A DNA stretch of 64,000 nt from Camelus ferus (lineage: Eukaryota): assembly GCF_009834535.1 (NCBI RefSeq), contig NC_045697.1, positions 115,508,001 to 115,572,000 on the forward strand, in the 5' to 3' direction. The translations under genes were made by a program, and so were the position numbers. A model generated the notes under the pieces. It saw only the letters and a list, made by a program, of their open reading frames with translations, made no database searches and was not told the DNA's origin. Positions 39,571-53,818 of the stretch are shown piece by piece (positions within the stretch are counted from its first letter, which is position 1; every line of letters begins with the position of its first letter).

Positions 39571-40119
39571 TGTTAGGTAGTTAGGTAAGTGGGGGCACCA
39601 GGCAGACAGGTGGAGGAGAGAGAGGATGGTCTGGAAGATGGCATTGTGCCCAACTCCAGCATTAAGGGGGCGTTACTTCCTCTAAACAAGTGCCAGCAAG
39701 AAACCAGTTAGAACCGGAGAGCCGTAACTTCACAGTAGCGACAAGGACCTAACCGGACATGACCCAAGGCTCATTGTAATATAATTAACATTGTGGTTTA
39801 GCCCCCATCATGGGCTTTCTGTGTGCATTATGGGTAAGAACATGCACAAAGGGGACAAACATGACTGAGCATTCCCAGGGCAAGAGCTGTCAACCAATCA
39901 AGAGACCCCCCTCTAAGTGAGGGTGTAAGAGGAGGGGGCAAAGACCACTGCTATCCACCCTTGGATCAGCCCCCCCCCATTCTTGAAGGTGTACTTTTCC
40001 TTTGCTTAATAAAACCTTTAAAATCTTTCGCTACACAACGCTTCCGTCTCCTGTCTGAAATCTTCTCTTTCGAGTAAAACAAGAATTGGGGTCTTTTCCC
40101 TTCCCCCTTTGGGGTAACA
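39571..40119 (+). mobile_element. ERV1-class solo LTR family A (duplicate of 12913-13459)
   Basis: TG...CA termini, GATT/GGTT TSD. Confidence 0.85.
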
Positions 40120-40295
40120 GGTTCATCAGGGAAGGCCTTAGGGATGAGCTGACTTTTGAATAAAGACTTGCCAGAAGGGAGGGCTTGAGTCCTGTGATTA
40201 GCTAGTGGAAAAGCATCCAGCCAGAAGAAACAGTCAGTGCTTACTTGATGTGAAGTGGCACTGACTGTATTCAAGGAAGAGCATGGAGGGCAGCG

Positions 40296-40645
40296 TGTCT
40301 ATAGTCTGAATGTCCGTGCCCACCCCCTACACTCACATAGTGCAAACCTAGTGCCCCAGATGGTGGTATTATGAAGTGGGGCCTGTGGGAGGTGATCAGG
40401 TCATGAAGACAGAGCCCTCGTGGATGAGATTAGGGTCCATATAAAAGAGACCCTGAGGTCCCCCCCTCCATCCTCCACCTGGGGACCCAGTGAAGAGTCA
40501 GCATCTTCAGCCCAGAAAAGGGCACTCCCCCAACCACGTGGACACCCTGACCTCATACGTCCCACCTCCCAATTGGTGAGAAATAAATTTCTGTTGTTTG
40601 TTGACCTAATCTATGGTATTTTAGTAGCATGTACAATCTAAGACA
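40296..40645 (+). mobile_element. MLT1A/A0-like LTR (duplicate of 13636-13985)
   Basis: Paralogous copy. Confidence 0.8.
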
Positions 40646-41448
40646 GTTTACCCCAAGCATGTATCCATTATCCCTTATACAGATGTTGACTTTATTGTGA
40701 GGAATGTGGGGGAGTCAATAGATTATCCTGAGGAAAGGTGATCTGATCTATCTTCAGTTTTAAAGGGTCAGCTGGCTGCAGTGCCAGAATTAGTCTTTTC
40801 ACGGGCAAGGGTGGATTCAGACTGAGAATGTTGTGAACTCTTCTAGAGAAGCAGAGATGACAACAGTACTGGGAGAAGGAAGAGATGGTGGGGTGCTGAG
40901 TATTTTTTGAAAGGAGACACAAAGGGTTTGCTGGAAAAAATGAGAACTCAATGTCAATGTCAAATCTTGGGTCTCTCCAGTATGGATCAGTATTTAAACA
41001 GAACCATAGAATTGATTCTCATTTTTGCTGCAAATCCAAAGAGGTGCACCTTCTCCCTGTTCTGACTGTGTTACACTTTGGTAGTATCTCAGAGTGGAGT
41101 TACTTGGTGTTCATTTTTTAGGAGAAAACAACAACAAAAAGTGATTTACCTCTAAGAAACCATTGGAAAAAAAAAAAAGACAAAGACAACTGAGTTAGCA
41201 ATTAGCTTAAGTAAACAGTAAAGGAAAATTTTTTCTTGGAATCGCAATCGCAGTTGGGAGATTCGTCAGGCACAGAGAGGCGAACCCGGTAAATGAGGCC
41301 CAAGAACAAATTGAACTGGAATGTCTCCTGAGCAGATCGTTGCTTTGTTAATCACCACACACAGTGTGACAGCAGAAAGAAAAGCCACAAGAACATGAGA
41401 ACTCGTGAAAACTCTTTCACTATGGAGAATCAAGAGCACTAGTCCATG

Positions 41449-42890
41449 GTGGCCAATATGCACTTAAAAAGATGCTCAACATCACAAATTATTAGAGAAA
41501 TGCAAATCAAACTACAGTGAGGTATCACCTCACATCGATGAGAATGGTCATCATTAAAATGGCCACAAATTTTAAATGTTAGAGTGGGTGTGGAGAAAAG
41601 GGAACCCTCCTAGACTGTTGGTGGGAATGAGATTTGGTGCAACCGTTATGGAAAACAGTATGGAGATTGCTTAAAAAACTAAAAATAAACTTAAGATATT
41701 GTTACCGAGTCCAAACTCGTTCTGCTTACTGCACGACAGGCCAATAAATCAGGAGACGAAGTGTTGGGGCAAGGAATAGCGACTTTATTCAGAAAGCTGG
41801 CAGACTGAGAAGATGGCCAAATAATGTCTTGGAGAACCATCTTCCCCAAGTGAGAATTCAGGCTACTTTTATACTAAAAAAAGGGGGAGGGGGTGAAGTT
41901 GGTTGTTGCAAACTCCTCGGTGTAGAAATTCTTTGTTCCTTCAGCTGTCCACGTGGGTCAGGTCACGGTGCCCCGTTAAAACCTCCAACAAAACAAATGT
42001 TATTTTTTATTCTGCAATCTGTTTATCTTTATATACGTGCAAAAGTATTAATATCCTTAAAAGTCAGAGCCTTGAGAATAGGCTGTCCTGTATATTTCAG
42101 GCTAAAGGCAACATTCTTTTATGAACAGTGCAGAGGTAGCAAGATTAAGTCTGGTAAACAGGGCATAGGGTTAAAGCTAAAGGAACAGATCTAATATGGA
42201 GTCAGATTTGTTCTTTTCTATTACAATATGATCCAGCAGCAATCCCACTCCTGGGCATATATCTGGAAGGAACTGTAATTTGAAAAGATACATGCACCTC
42301 AATGTTCATAGCAGCACTATTTACAATAGCCAAGACACAGAAACAACCTAAATGCACATCAACAGATGACTAGATAAAGAAGTTGTGGTATATTTATACA
42401 ATGGAATACTACTCAGGGGTGAAAAATAAAATAATGCTGTTTGCAGCAACATGGATGGACCTAAAGATTATCATACTAAATGAAGTAAATTAGACAAAGA
42501 CAAATATCATATATCACTTATATGTGGAATCTAAAAAAAAAATGATACACATGAACTTGTTTACAAAACAGAAACAGACTCACAGACATAGAAAACAAAC
42601 TTATGGTTACCAAAGAGGAAAGACAGGGAGAGGGATAAATCAGGAGTTTGGGATTAACAGAAACACACTACTGTATATAAAATACGGAAGCAAGGTCTTA
42701 CTGTAGAGCACAGGGGACTATATTCAATATCTTATAATAACCTATAATGAAAAAGAATATATACATATATATGTATATAACTGAATATATATATATATAA
42801 AAAACTGAATCACTATGTTGTACACCAGAAACTAACACAACATTGTAAATCAAGTATACTGCAATGAAAAAATTTTAAACGCTTTTTAAA
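41449..42890 (+). mobile_element. 5'-truncated L1 (duplicate of 14785-16224)
   Basis: Same ORF2 remnant, 3' UTR and TSD. Confidence 0.9.
41700..42225 (-). mobile_element. ERV1-class solo LTR family B (duplicate of 15037-15562)
   Basis: TG...CA termini, ATAT TSD. Confidence 0.88.
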
Positions 42891-45055
42891 AAGAGCAACA
42901 GCCATGTGCTTACTGTGCCTCCACTCACATTCCTGATGTCTTTCTTGCCACCAGGACAGGACAACTCAGATGGGAGCACTGTCTTTGGAAATAGGAGTTA
43001 CTTTTCCAGGGCAGGTACATCTGCTGTATCTTCCTGGGGACAGAAATGATTCAATGATCTGCTACTATGGTAACAAGATATAAAGCAAATAAAAATAAGC
43101 AACATGACTATTGTAACTTTCAGGGGTTTTTTTGAAAAATGTTTTAGAAGCTTTTAAAAAGTCACAATTTCTTCTTGCTGTTTCCTCAGACCATTCTTAA
43201 ACTGCTTTTATAATTCTTCCAGAAATGTAACCAAAGAATGAAGTTAGAGAATTAAATGGAAAAAAAAAATCTATTTGTTCCTTTCCCAAGGGAAAAAAAA
43301 TCACATATTAACCTGGGATGAATAAAGTTCCCATTTTTGCAGTCTGCTTTGTGTAGGGATGGCAGGTTGCTCCGTTGACTTACTAAGAGCCAGTTGTAAC
43401 CAAGAAACTTGTCATAAAGTAGCACCACCTGAGAGAGATCAATGCAGGCATGTTCATTAAACTAAGACAAGAAGTATTGATCCGCAGGAGGGGAGGAGAG
43501 CCCACGGGACTTTTCAGTGGTGTGGAGGCAGGAGAAAGAAACAGAGTTTTCAGTTTCAGGACTAAACTGAGTTTTATTCTATTTCCTTTATCTAGAGTAG
43601 AGTTTGCAGTGTAATTACCAGAACACATTAAAAAAAAAAAAAAAAGAAATGGAAAACTAGAAAAACAGCAGGACTCATGCAGCCCATAAAGTAGGGAGTG
43701 GTGGGTGAAGTGCCCATTAAACACCCATGCAGCCGAAAAAGATGTATTTATAAGAGTCTGGTCTAAAAACGGGAGCATATTTCCACCCATGTTTCAGAAG
43801 ATTTCACTTGGACAGTATTAATACTTAAAGGATATTCTTAATCGCCCAACCAAGACATTCAGAAACTAGACCAAGCACTGACTATGAATCTCTGAAATTG
43901 AGGGGAGGTCAGGGGGAATCCAGCCATAACCAGTAAAAGACAACTACATTTTTAAGATGAGAGTAGTTGATGGACTAGAAAATACTAACATTCATTAGTA
44001 TTCACCTACCAGTAAAAAAAAAAAAAAAAAAAAAAACCAGTTGATTTGTTACTTACCATCCACTTCCTACAATTTAATAATACTAATTATAAGCACTATT
44101 ACATTGTACTACTTAGCAGAAAACTGAAATAATGAATTAGCTTAGATACAAAAAATATAATACCCATCTCAGGATCATGGAGATATAGCCATTCATTCAT
44201 TCATTCCCTCACTTACTCAATAAATACATATTTCCTGCTTCATTAAAAGCCCTCTGTGAAATTTGGTTTTGAACACAAATTCAAACTTTACCTATTCACA
44301 ATAACCAGAATGAAAACAACCATATAACCCTCAAAAGCTGAATAAATAAAATTTAATTACAAAAAAAAAAACCCTCTACCAATATAGGTCCAGTCTGCAT
44401 GGAGTTTATGCTTCAATGTAGAAAAAAAACAAATAATCACACAAAAATATGTAGTTACAAAAATGTGCATACAAAATGAAAGCAAGCTATCATTAAATTC
44501 GATAACAAGAAAGTGGCATTTATTCTGTATTTTTTTTCCTGAAAATGACTATTGAATTAGTACTTGAAAAATCTGTACTGTGTTCCCTGGATGGGGAGTG
44601 GAGTCAGAAACAGGGAAAGGAAGAGCTTTGTACACTTAAGTGTGCACAAAGTCATAAGTAACCCAGAAGTCCATGTGACTGATCTCGAATGAAAGAGAGC
44701 ATCATGGCTTAATCAGCTGAGAGAACGGCTGTGGGGCTGAAGAACACAGAAATCGGGCCAGATGAGGCTGGCGGAGTAGGTGGGAGTCTGCCACGTTGAG
44801 GTTTTTCCTAATTGTAACTGGGCACCATTGAAAGGTTTTAAGTGATGGGAGGTGTCACTGCCCTATCTGTATTATTCAAAGGATGCTGCAACATGTAGAG
44901 AAAATCAAATGAGGGGTAAGAGTATTTATAGAGTTTAGAGGCTATTTCTGTGAAACAAGGGTGAGATGTTGGTGACTTGAATGAGCAGCGTGATGGTGGA
45001 ATTGTTGAGAGTATCTGGAGTGGGAAGAACTGGGAGAGGTTTTCAGGATCATCAC

Positions 45056-46693
45056 TGCCTTAATCTGTTTGGGCAGCTCTAAGGTAATTCCATAGATGAT
45101 CCATCCTGAAGCAAAATTCCTCTCCAACTGTGAGCCTGTGAAACCAACACGTCATGTGCTTCCATAATGCAGGGGTCAGGCAGGCATAGGACAGACATTT
45201 CTATTTCAAAAGGGAGAAAGAGGAAAAAAATAAAGGGATATTGGGTCCCAAGTAAGCCAAAAGCCTAACAGGGCAAACAACACTATGCCTTAAGACTTGA
45301 GAATGAGCCTCTGGCTTGATACTCTGTCCTCTGGACCCACTGGGGTGCTGGTTTCACCTCCGTGGCTCTCCTGGGCTAGAGTTATACATAGAAGGCTCTC
45401 TCAAGCTGGGGTTATGTCCCCAAGCTCCTGGCAACCTCATCACCACAGATCCACACCACAGCACTTGGCAGGGCTCACCCCAGGGCACTGTGCAGGGTGT
45501 CTTGGCCTCGCTGAACCAGAAATGTGGCCTCACCCTTTGAAACTGCTCTCCTCTGGGCTCTTACCTTCTATGCCTGTGATGGGAGAGGCAGCCCTTAGGA
45601 TCCAGAGATCACCCTGGGAGAGTCATTTTCCCCTTGTCTTGAAGAACATGCCTGACTTCAGCTGGCATGTCTTGCTAGGTACTTGATTCATGCCCACACA
45701 GATGGCTTTATCAAACGGTCATGTGGCCATAGCCTGAACACACTTCTTCATTTTTTATTATATGGAGAGGCTGAGAATTTTCCAAATCTTTAAGTTCTGA
45801 TTCCTTTTAGCTTAGCCATTTGACCTGGGAGTTATTCCTCTCCTCTCACATTTCATGATAAGCAGTGGGGAAGAACCAAGCCTCTCCATCAGCACTCTGC
45901 TTACAAGCCTCCTCGGCTGAATATCCGCTTCCGTCACTTGAGAGTTCTGTCTTCCACAAAACACTGGGACACAAATACAATTTGCCAAACTCTTTGCCAG
46001 TTTATCACAAAGATCCCTTTTTTTTTTCCCATTGCTCAGTAACATGTTCCTCATTTCCAGGTGAGCCCTCATCAGCATGGCCTCAACTTCCTCTGTTTCT
46101 ATCAACATTCTCTTTGTGATGACGAAGTGTTCTCTGCGAACGTGGGAGCTTTCTCTTTTCTTTGTGAGCCCTCACCGGAACCATCTTTCAAATTCCATCC
46201 ACAGCCATTTAGGCTTTTTGTAGCACACACCTCAAAAACGCCTTCAGCCTCTACCCAATACACAGTTCCAAAGCTGTTTCTCCATTTTTAGATATTAGAT
46301 GTAACAGCACTCCACTTCTTGGCATCAATTTCTATGTTAGTCCATTCAGGTTGATGTAAGAAAAAATACCATAGACGGGGTGGCTTAAACAATAAACATT
46401 GATTGATTTTACACAATTAGGGAAATTGCGAAGTCCAAGGCTAAGGCGTTGTCCAAGGCGTCTGATGGGTCCCCACTTCCTGGTTCACAGAAGGCTGTTT
46501 TCTCGTCCCCTCATGTGGGCAGAGAGATGTGGAGTCTCTTTGATAAGGGCACAAATCCCATTCGTGTGGGATCCGCTCTTATGACCTAAGCACCTCCCGA
46601 AGTCCCCAGCCCCCCTCCTCCTAATGCCGTCACACGGGACTTAGAAATTCAATGTGTAAATTTCAGGAGGACACAAACACTCAGCCCACAGTA
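45056..46693 (-). mobile_element. MaLR LTR + internal region (duplicate of 18385-20028)
   Basis: ATCAC TSD on both sides. Confidence 0.8.
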
Positions 46694-47384
46694 ATCACCA
46701 CGCTCACATAGCTTATTTGGTAGTCACGGCTGCTAAATAAGTGCCTGTTAAAACGATAGCAAGTAGGAAAAGGAGGAGGCAGGGAAAGAAATTAGGACGC
46801 AGAGATGTACTAATAAACATTCTGAAGAGTGAACAAAGGGAAGAAGACCAGAAGGAAGGAGGAAGGAAAGAAGAAGTGATGGAGAAAGAAGAAAGGGAGG
46901 GAGCAGAGAAAAAAAAAAATCTTGGCAATCTGGCAAAAAGTGGATGGAGCCAGGAGCATTAAATTTAAGATCAAATTTAAAATCTGTGGGACCAGGGTAT
47001 CCTAAATAGTTGTGAAATGTACACATATAGGTACTACATTCAATTTTTAAAAATATTTCTTACTTTCATCAGTTATAAAATTATATCCATAAGGTTGACA
47101 TGCATGTAGTATTCTATTAACACTGAGCCATTTTGCTGAGATAGCATTGTGTAAATCTTAATTGACAATGTAAGATATCAAGTAGTTACTGAGTGACATC
47201 TGGTAGACAGCAGTAACAGACAGGTCATTTTTGAATATTCTGGTCAGAAAAGAGTAGTTTAAACAATTGATTTTGGATAAGCAGATTTTAATTGTCATAA
47301 AAAAAACTATATTTGTAATGAACCAGACAGACCTTACTCCATTTTTCAAGCAAGTGTATCACATGCTTTGGTAAAAATCAAAGT

Positions 47385-47760
47385 CATTCTGAAAGAGGCA
47401 ACACGATGAAGACAGTAAGAAGATCAGTGGTTACCAGAGGTTTGGGAAGAGGGAGGGAGTTTTAGGCTAATGAAAATATTCTGCATGATACTATAATGGT
47501 GAATACAAGTCATTATATATTTTGTGAAAACCCATAGAATATACAACACAGAGTGAACCCTAGTGTAAACTACGAACTTTAGTTAATAACAATGTATCAA
47601 CATCAGCTCGTCAGTTGTAATAAACACTCATACAAGATCTTAATAATAAAAAAAAACTTTGGGAGAGGAGAGAAAATATAAGGAAATGCTCTGTACTTTT
47701 CAGTCAATATTTTTGTAAACTTGAAACTACTCTAAAAAATAAGGTCTATTAATGAAAAAC
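47385..47760 (+). mobile_element. L1MC-like 3' end (duplicate of 20719-21093)
   Basis: Paralogous copy. Confidence 0.75.
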
Positions 47761-49675
47761 AAAAAAATCATTACAATTTTTCCACTCTTGCTAACACCAT
47801 AGTCACTATAGTTTGTCAGCTAACAGTAAGCCCAATTACTTGAAGTAAGAATGTAAAGAAATACAAATATTAAAAGTAAATGAAGAGTAACTGTGACAGG
47901 CTAATCTAACATCTTGCACAGGCTTAGAATTAAAAATGCGGCATTCTATATGTAGACCTAGGAAACTTTAATCTTGATAAAGCTGTCAGCTTTGGGAAGA
48001 TGGTCCACAGAAACAATGAATGGTTGATTTCATTATTTTTAGGTTTGTACAGCAAAATATTCCTTACAAATACTTCTCTGGCCTCTTCCACTGTAAAAAC
48101 AATACTTTATTAGCAAATAAAGTTATTGCTTCCCAATTAAAATAAATCATTAAAAGAAAGCAAAGACTGAAATTTCTATTCAATAAAATTTGTGCAGCCA
48201 TCAAAAAGCACTTAACTTTCAACCACATGTTGCTGTCTATGACCATCCTAAGAGAGAAGAGGCAGAGCTTTTTAGATGACCATGCTCTAGATGTAAGATG
48301 TAAGACCACAGAGATGGGAAATCAGTGTCTCTTACCTCCTTGTGCATGCCATCCAAAATGGCATAATTAACTTTTTTGTTATTTTTGTTATGTTTTCCTT
48401 TTACATGCTTGATGCAGTGCATTCACAAAAATAAAATTGCAGGTGAGTTGGAAAGGATGTGATAGGAGATTTTGTTGAGAATTTTTGCATCTATTTTCAT
48501 CAAAGATATAATTTCTTTTTTGGTTGAGAAGTAACGTAGTGGGAAGCATACAATAGCCATTTTTCCATGTTTGATATGTTCCAGATGGTACCATATGAGT
48601 CAAGGTGTTCCTTACTCATTCAGTAGTTTTTGTGCTTCTACATTTAGCCAAGAACAATTCTAGACATAAGGGTTATTGCAGTAAACCAAAACTGCTGCCC
48701 TGGTGAAACTTAATGTTCTAGGGAGGAGGGAAAAACACAGATGAGCAAACTGGTAACTGCACACAAAAAAAAATGGAGGGAGACTTCATCCTGAAAGAGA
48801 TACTTGGTTAGATTTATTGGACTGTCCTTCCCTAAGTGGAAAAAGCACATCCACATGGATGGAAGGCTGGAAGAGCATGGCACATTTGGAAAAGAGCAAA
48901 TGGTTTGTGATGAGTGGGCATACAGGAAGGAAGTATGTAAAAGAGACCAGGAAGTTTAGCCAGGGTTATGAAATTTACCATAATTTAAATTTAAAATTTA
49001 TCATAATGGCAATCCAGTCTATTGCATGATTTTTGAGGCAGAAAGAAGCATGATCCATTCTGTTTTAAAATAGCATGTGGCTTGAATTTCAGAATGTGGA
49101 AATGAGAAACAGTGAGCATTTTCAGGAAGAAAATACTATAGTCCACATGAAGGATAATGAGGGCCCAAAGTCAGGTTCAGGCAAAGGGGATAAAAAAAAA
49201 TCGTCTAAAAACAGAATGTGAAATACACAACATGGAGCAGATGTCATGGGTCTGAGCTGAGATAGAGACAGCAGGCATCCTGCCCAAAGAATCAGAAATA
49301 AAGCATGTGTGTGTCATACAGCAACACCAAACACAAAAGGGAAAGTCCCCAGAAGTGGTAATTGAGTTCTTTTTAAGACTTGGAGAGTTGTCAGAGTATG
49401 GAGTCACTTAGAATATTACTTAAATTCTGTTCTTTAGTAATCTGATATGTCCCTTGTCTCTGTCAAGCTGGCCTGGGATGATCTACTGAGATGTCACACG
49501 GATTCTGTGATGGCAGGAAAAGAAGGATTAAAAAAAGAAAAGAAAAGAAAAGAAAGGAGACAATGAAAAAAGAACATGGAGATCTGGAAGTGATTCTCAA
49601 AACTGTCCGACACTCACATCCTCTCATGACTGTGACATTAGTTTGTATTAGACTCAACATCCTTCTAGGTGATCA

Positions 49676-51081
49676 CACGTTCTCCTAATTTGTTTACTTT
49701 CTAAGTCTCCAATCCTCAAACATCCAACATGACTTCCCTGTACTTACTGTAAGATGATAACTTTGCTTCTCATTTCACTAAGGAAAATGAAGACCAGCGA
49801 TTATGCAAACACTTAGAAATATTCCATTAACTCTCTCATTTAAAGAACTTCTCCTTGACTTCTCCCTCCTTCTTGAAACGCTTTCTTTCCTTGGCTTCTT
49901 GGAATCACTCTTGTGGATTTCCCTCTGCCTCACTGGCTACTACTTCCCAGACCCTCTGGCTTCTCCTCATCTGCCTGGTCTCTTTCTGTTGCAGGGCTTC
50001 AAGATTTAAGCCTTAGTTCTATTTTATATTCAGTCTATACCTACTCCTTTGGTGATCTGGTCCAGTTCCCTGACTTGAAATAAATTTATCTGCTTATGAT
50101 TGCCAAATCTATAGCTCCAGAAACAACCTTTCCTTAACTCCAGATTAGAATCTGCAATCCTCCAGTCATCATTTTTATTCTGATGATAACATATGTTGCA
50201 AACCCAATGTATCTGAAATGAATCTCCTGATTTCTCCCATCACTACAGTCTTTTACATCTCAATTATTGTCAACGTCAGTCTTCTCTGGTGTTCAGGCCA
50301 AAATCCTTGGAGATGTACTGTCTCCTGCATCAAAATTTCAATTGAAAAGCAATCATCTTGATTCTATATGCAAAACATATCCAGACTCACCATTTCTCAG
50401 CATCCTTACTTACCGCCTTAGTCAAAGCCACCATCATCTCTCCCATGGATTATTGCAACAGCCTCCAAACTGGTCTCCCTACTTCCATCTGTGCCTCTTC
50501 AGTATCTCTTCTCAAAACACCAGACAGAGTGATTACCTTAAAATGTAATTCATTCCATATCATACTCAGCTTAAAACCTCCCCATAGCTTTCCACCGAAC
50601 TCAGAGTAAATGCCAAAACCCTCTCACCAGCCACCTATATGGCCACATCTCCTACTACCAGCCCCCAGTTCATTCTGCAAAACCTCACTGGCCTCATTGC
50701 TGTTCTGCACACACACCAGTCACTCCCTCAGCTCTAAGAATTGCCCGCCCTTGCTCCAACCTCTGCCTGGAATTCTCTTCCCCCGGATATTTCCATACTT
50801 CCTTCTTAAACAGTCTTTACTCAAACGTCTTTGTTTCAGGAAGCCTTCCTGACAACTCTGTGTAAAATTGCAACACATCCCATTAGCATTCCCTGTCTCC
50901 TCCACTGTCTCATTTTGCCCATGTTTCCTCTAGTATACTATGCAATTTATTGGACTCATTTATTTTCTCTGATCACCCACCAGAACATCATTTTACCAAG
51001 GGCAGGGGTTGTTGACTCTGCAGAGCAAAAGTTCACTTCTAACTCTTGGAAGGCATTTAGTAAATAGCCGTTGAATAGAAA
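49676..51081 (+). mobile_element. L2 fragment (duplicate of 23020-24425)
   Basis: Paralogous copy. Confidence 0.8.
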
Positions 51082-51142
51082 AATTATGACTATTTTAGTC
51101 TGATAAAAGTTTATCAAGCTGAACACTTGGTATAGAGTAGAC

Positions 51143-51452
51143 CAGAAATAGACTCATGGACATAAAAAAAAAACTGTGGTTACCAGGGGGGAAGGGAAGG
51201 GAAGGATAGATTAGGATTTTGGGATTAACAGATACCCATTACTATATATAAAATAGATAAACAATAAGGACCTACTATATAGCAAAGGGAACTCTATTCA
51301 ATTTATTTTAATAACATATAACATCAAAGAATATAACATATAACATAAAACAATCTGAAAAATATATAACTGAATCACTTTGCTGTATACATGAAATTAA
51401 CATTGTAAATCAACTACACTTCAATAAAAAAGAATTAAGAAAAAATAATAAA
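51143..51452 (+). mobile_element. L1 3' UTR (duplicate of 24487-24796)
   Basis: Paralogous copy. Confidence 0.85.
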
Positions 51453-51555
51453 CTTAACCAATGTCAAATTAAAAATAAAAGAGAGTAATAGGGAGGAGAA
51501 AGGGTGAAAAGGAGATATACTATCCCAAAGTAATAGTTTAGAAGAGAAAGCCCCT

Positions 51556-51675
51556 GGGGAGAGAGTGTGAGTGTAGTTTACTGGTAGAGCACATGCTTAG
51601 CATGCATGAGATCGTGGGTTCAATCCCTAGTCTCTCCATTAAAAAGAAAAAAAAAAGAAGAGAAGAAGAAGTAGA
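51556..51675 (+). mobile_element. Vic-1-type SINE (duplicate of 24899-25018)
   Basis: Paralogous copy. Confidence 0.8.
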
Positions 51676-53818
51676 GAGAGAGAAAGCGACAAACCATCTG
51701 GTAGTTATAATCTGGAAGGGACTCTGTGGTGTCACCTCAAATGTGTGCCCTATATATGGATAGTAGAAATATTTCTAGTACAACTGTATTTTAAATTCAT
51801 TTTCTCATCAGGTTAATACAGGGCATGATGGACTGCTTTGTACAAATTTTACAGCTTCATAAGCTGAAGCACATAAATGCTCAACACCTTATCCAGAATC
51901 CCAGAAATGATTGAGCCAAAAAAGAAAGAAAGAAAGAAAGAAATTGTGGCTTCCACACTCCTAGACACCATTTGAAATCACTAAATGCTACTTAATAAGA
52001 CAAATGGATAAATACATATATATATAGCAGTTTTGTAATCTTATAGTAATTTTCCTTAAAGGATGATGGCATAAGGTTTTTGATATTATTACTTCTATAC
52101 TGAGACTCACAGGCAGAAAGGAAATGATAGCTCGGCCAAGAGAAGATATGTTTTCATGCCAGATTGCGGCCATTTACAAGGATGGATTCACATATATGGC
52201 CCAAGTCCTATTGATTTTGCTTATGACTGTTAAGTTTCCAAAGTGTTAGATGTTAAAACATCTTGTTCCCATTTGTGCTAGCTTAGTTATTCCCATTAAC
52301 ATTAATAGGAGTTCTAGAATGCATTCAGAGAATATGTAGCATTTCACAGAATTTTATGACCAATTACGTTTTAGCCACTTATGATATTGCCAGTCATATT
52401 TACAAAGACGTTACACAAGCATATTTTCCTGAGAAAAATGTCAAGAGCCCATCGAAGGGCTGTGGCATATTTTAATAGAATTACTGTTTGTGACATGATT
52501 AACTTTTCATCCATGAGGGTTAAAAGCATCATCAGTCATTTCTCTTGCGTTTGGACCAGGATGTCATTACAATACATCACCTAAGTGATGGCTGAAGACA
52601 GCACAGGAAGATGGAAATAACCCACATTTTATGTCCCAGCGTCTTCGAAATGTATACCCAAGGGGGATGTCCGGCTTCTGGTCTTTAAGTGAATTTATTC
52701 AACTATTTCAGGGGCTGTCATATAAACTGGGGATTATCATTTCTCCTGTGTTAACCAGTTCATGGTTAAGGTTTTTATAAAGCACATCTTTGTTGGCTAA
52801 ACATTATGACTTCCACAGCAAGCGCTGTCTTTGCCCTTTTTTGTGTGTATCTAATGCACAAATGCTGTGGTCCTATACTCACAGCAGTTAAGAAACATTG
52901 CAAATATAAAATAATGAAGCTAGAAGACGCCTCATCTGTTGCTTCCTTGTCTGACTTTCGTTCCTGTAGAGTGTGAAAAGTGGGGCTCGCAGGTACCGGC
53001 CGGTCGTGAAAGTAATTTCCTCTTACTTCCTGGAAAGTCCAAATTATCTTCTATCCATTCTGCTTTCTCTAGTGTCAAAGCAGGGGAACAAAACCTTCAT
53101 TTTCTCTCTATTTTTTTTTTTTTCTTTTCACTCTGATTCATACCCTCTGCTTTCTATTGGAATCATAATTCACTGGGTTAGTGAGTATGTTACTTTTTGA
53201 CTTTTATGTCTTCTTTTTGACTTGTTCTTAATATTTTCTTTCATCTTTATTGAGGTCAAAAAGGAAAGATCAACAAAACTTACAACACATAAGCCACAAA
53301 GAAGCAAACTGCAGTTTATTGGACTAGACTTCTAACATAGTGTATCAACTGACTGTTAAAAATGTTAATTTGTCTGTAACAAAATAAAGTGAATTACTAA
53401 CAGGCTCATTTTTCCTGCAAAGAAACTTGAAAGCCTCAGGTATACGTCTATTTCCCTTCGTATGTATAAAATATATACCCACCCGTGTGTGTGGTGTGGT
53501 GTGTATGTGTAGCCAATGGGCTATCAATTTTAAATATTTTAGATTTTATAAACATTGATTATTTTAACTTTAGGATGTAGCAGTAGCAGCTCTCTTATTC
53601 ATTTCTGAGCCTACATTTTGACAAAAGTTCAACAAACTGAGCAAGAAACTAGAAACATTATGTAGTTTTCCATCTTTCCCATTCTCTCTTATTAAATTCA
53701 ACTGAGGTTAGCTAAGACCTTCTAGCTTACATTTCCTTCACGTTCTCTGAACACAGGTTTGTGTTTACATCGTGCAGTAGTTTCTGCTGGAGGGTTCCTC
53801 CATTCTCCACGATGGGGA

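Larger units (their letters stand above)
27566..53250 (+). repeat. Large direct duplication, copy 2 (~25.7 kb)
   Basis: Matches 905-26595. Starts immediately after the gap, inside the MER21-like LTR, and ends at TCATCTTTAT|TGAGGTC. All repeats of copy 1 recur here. Confidence 0.98.
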
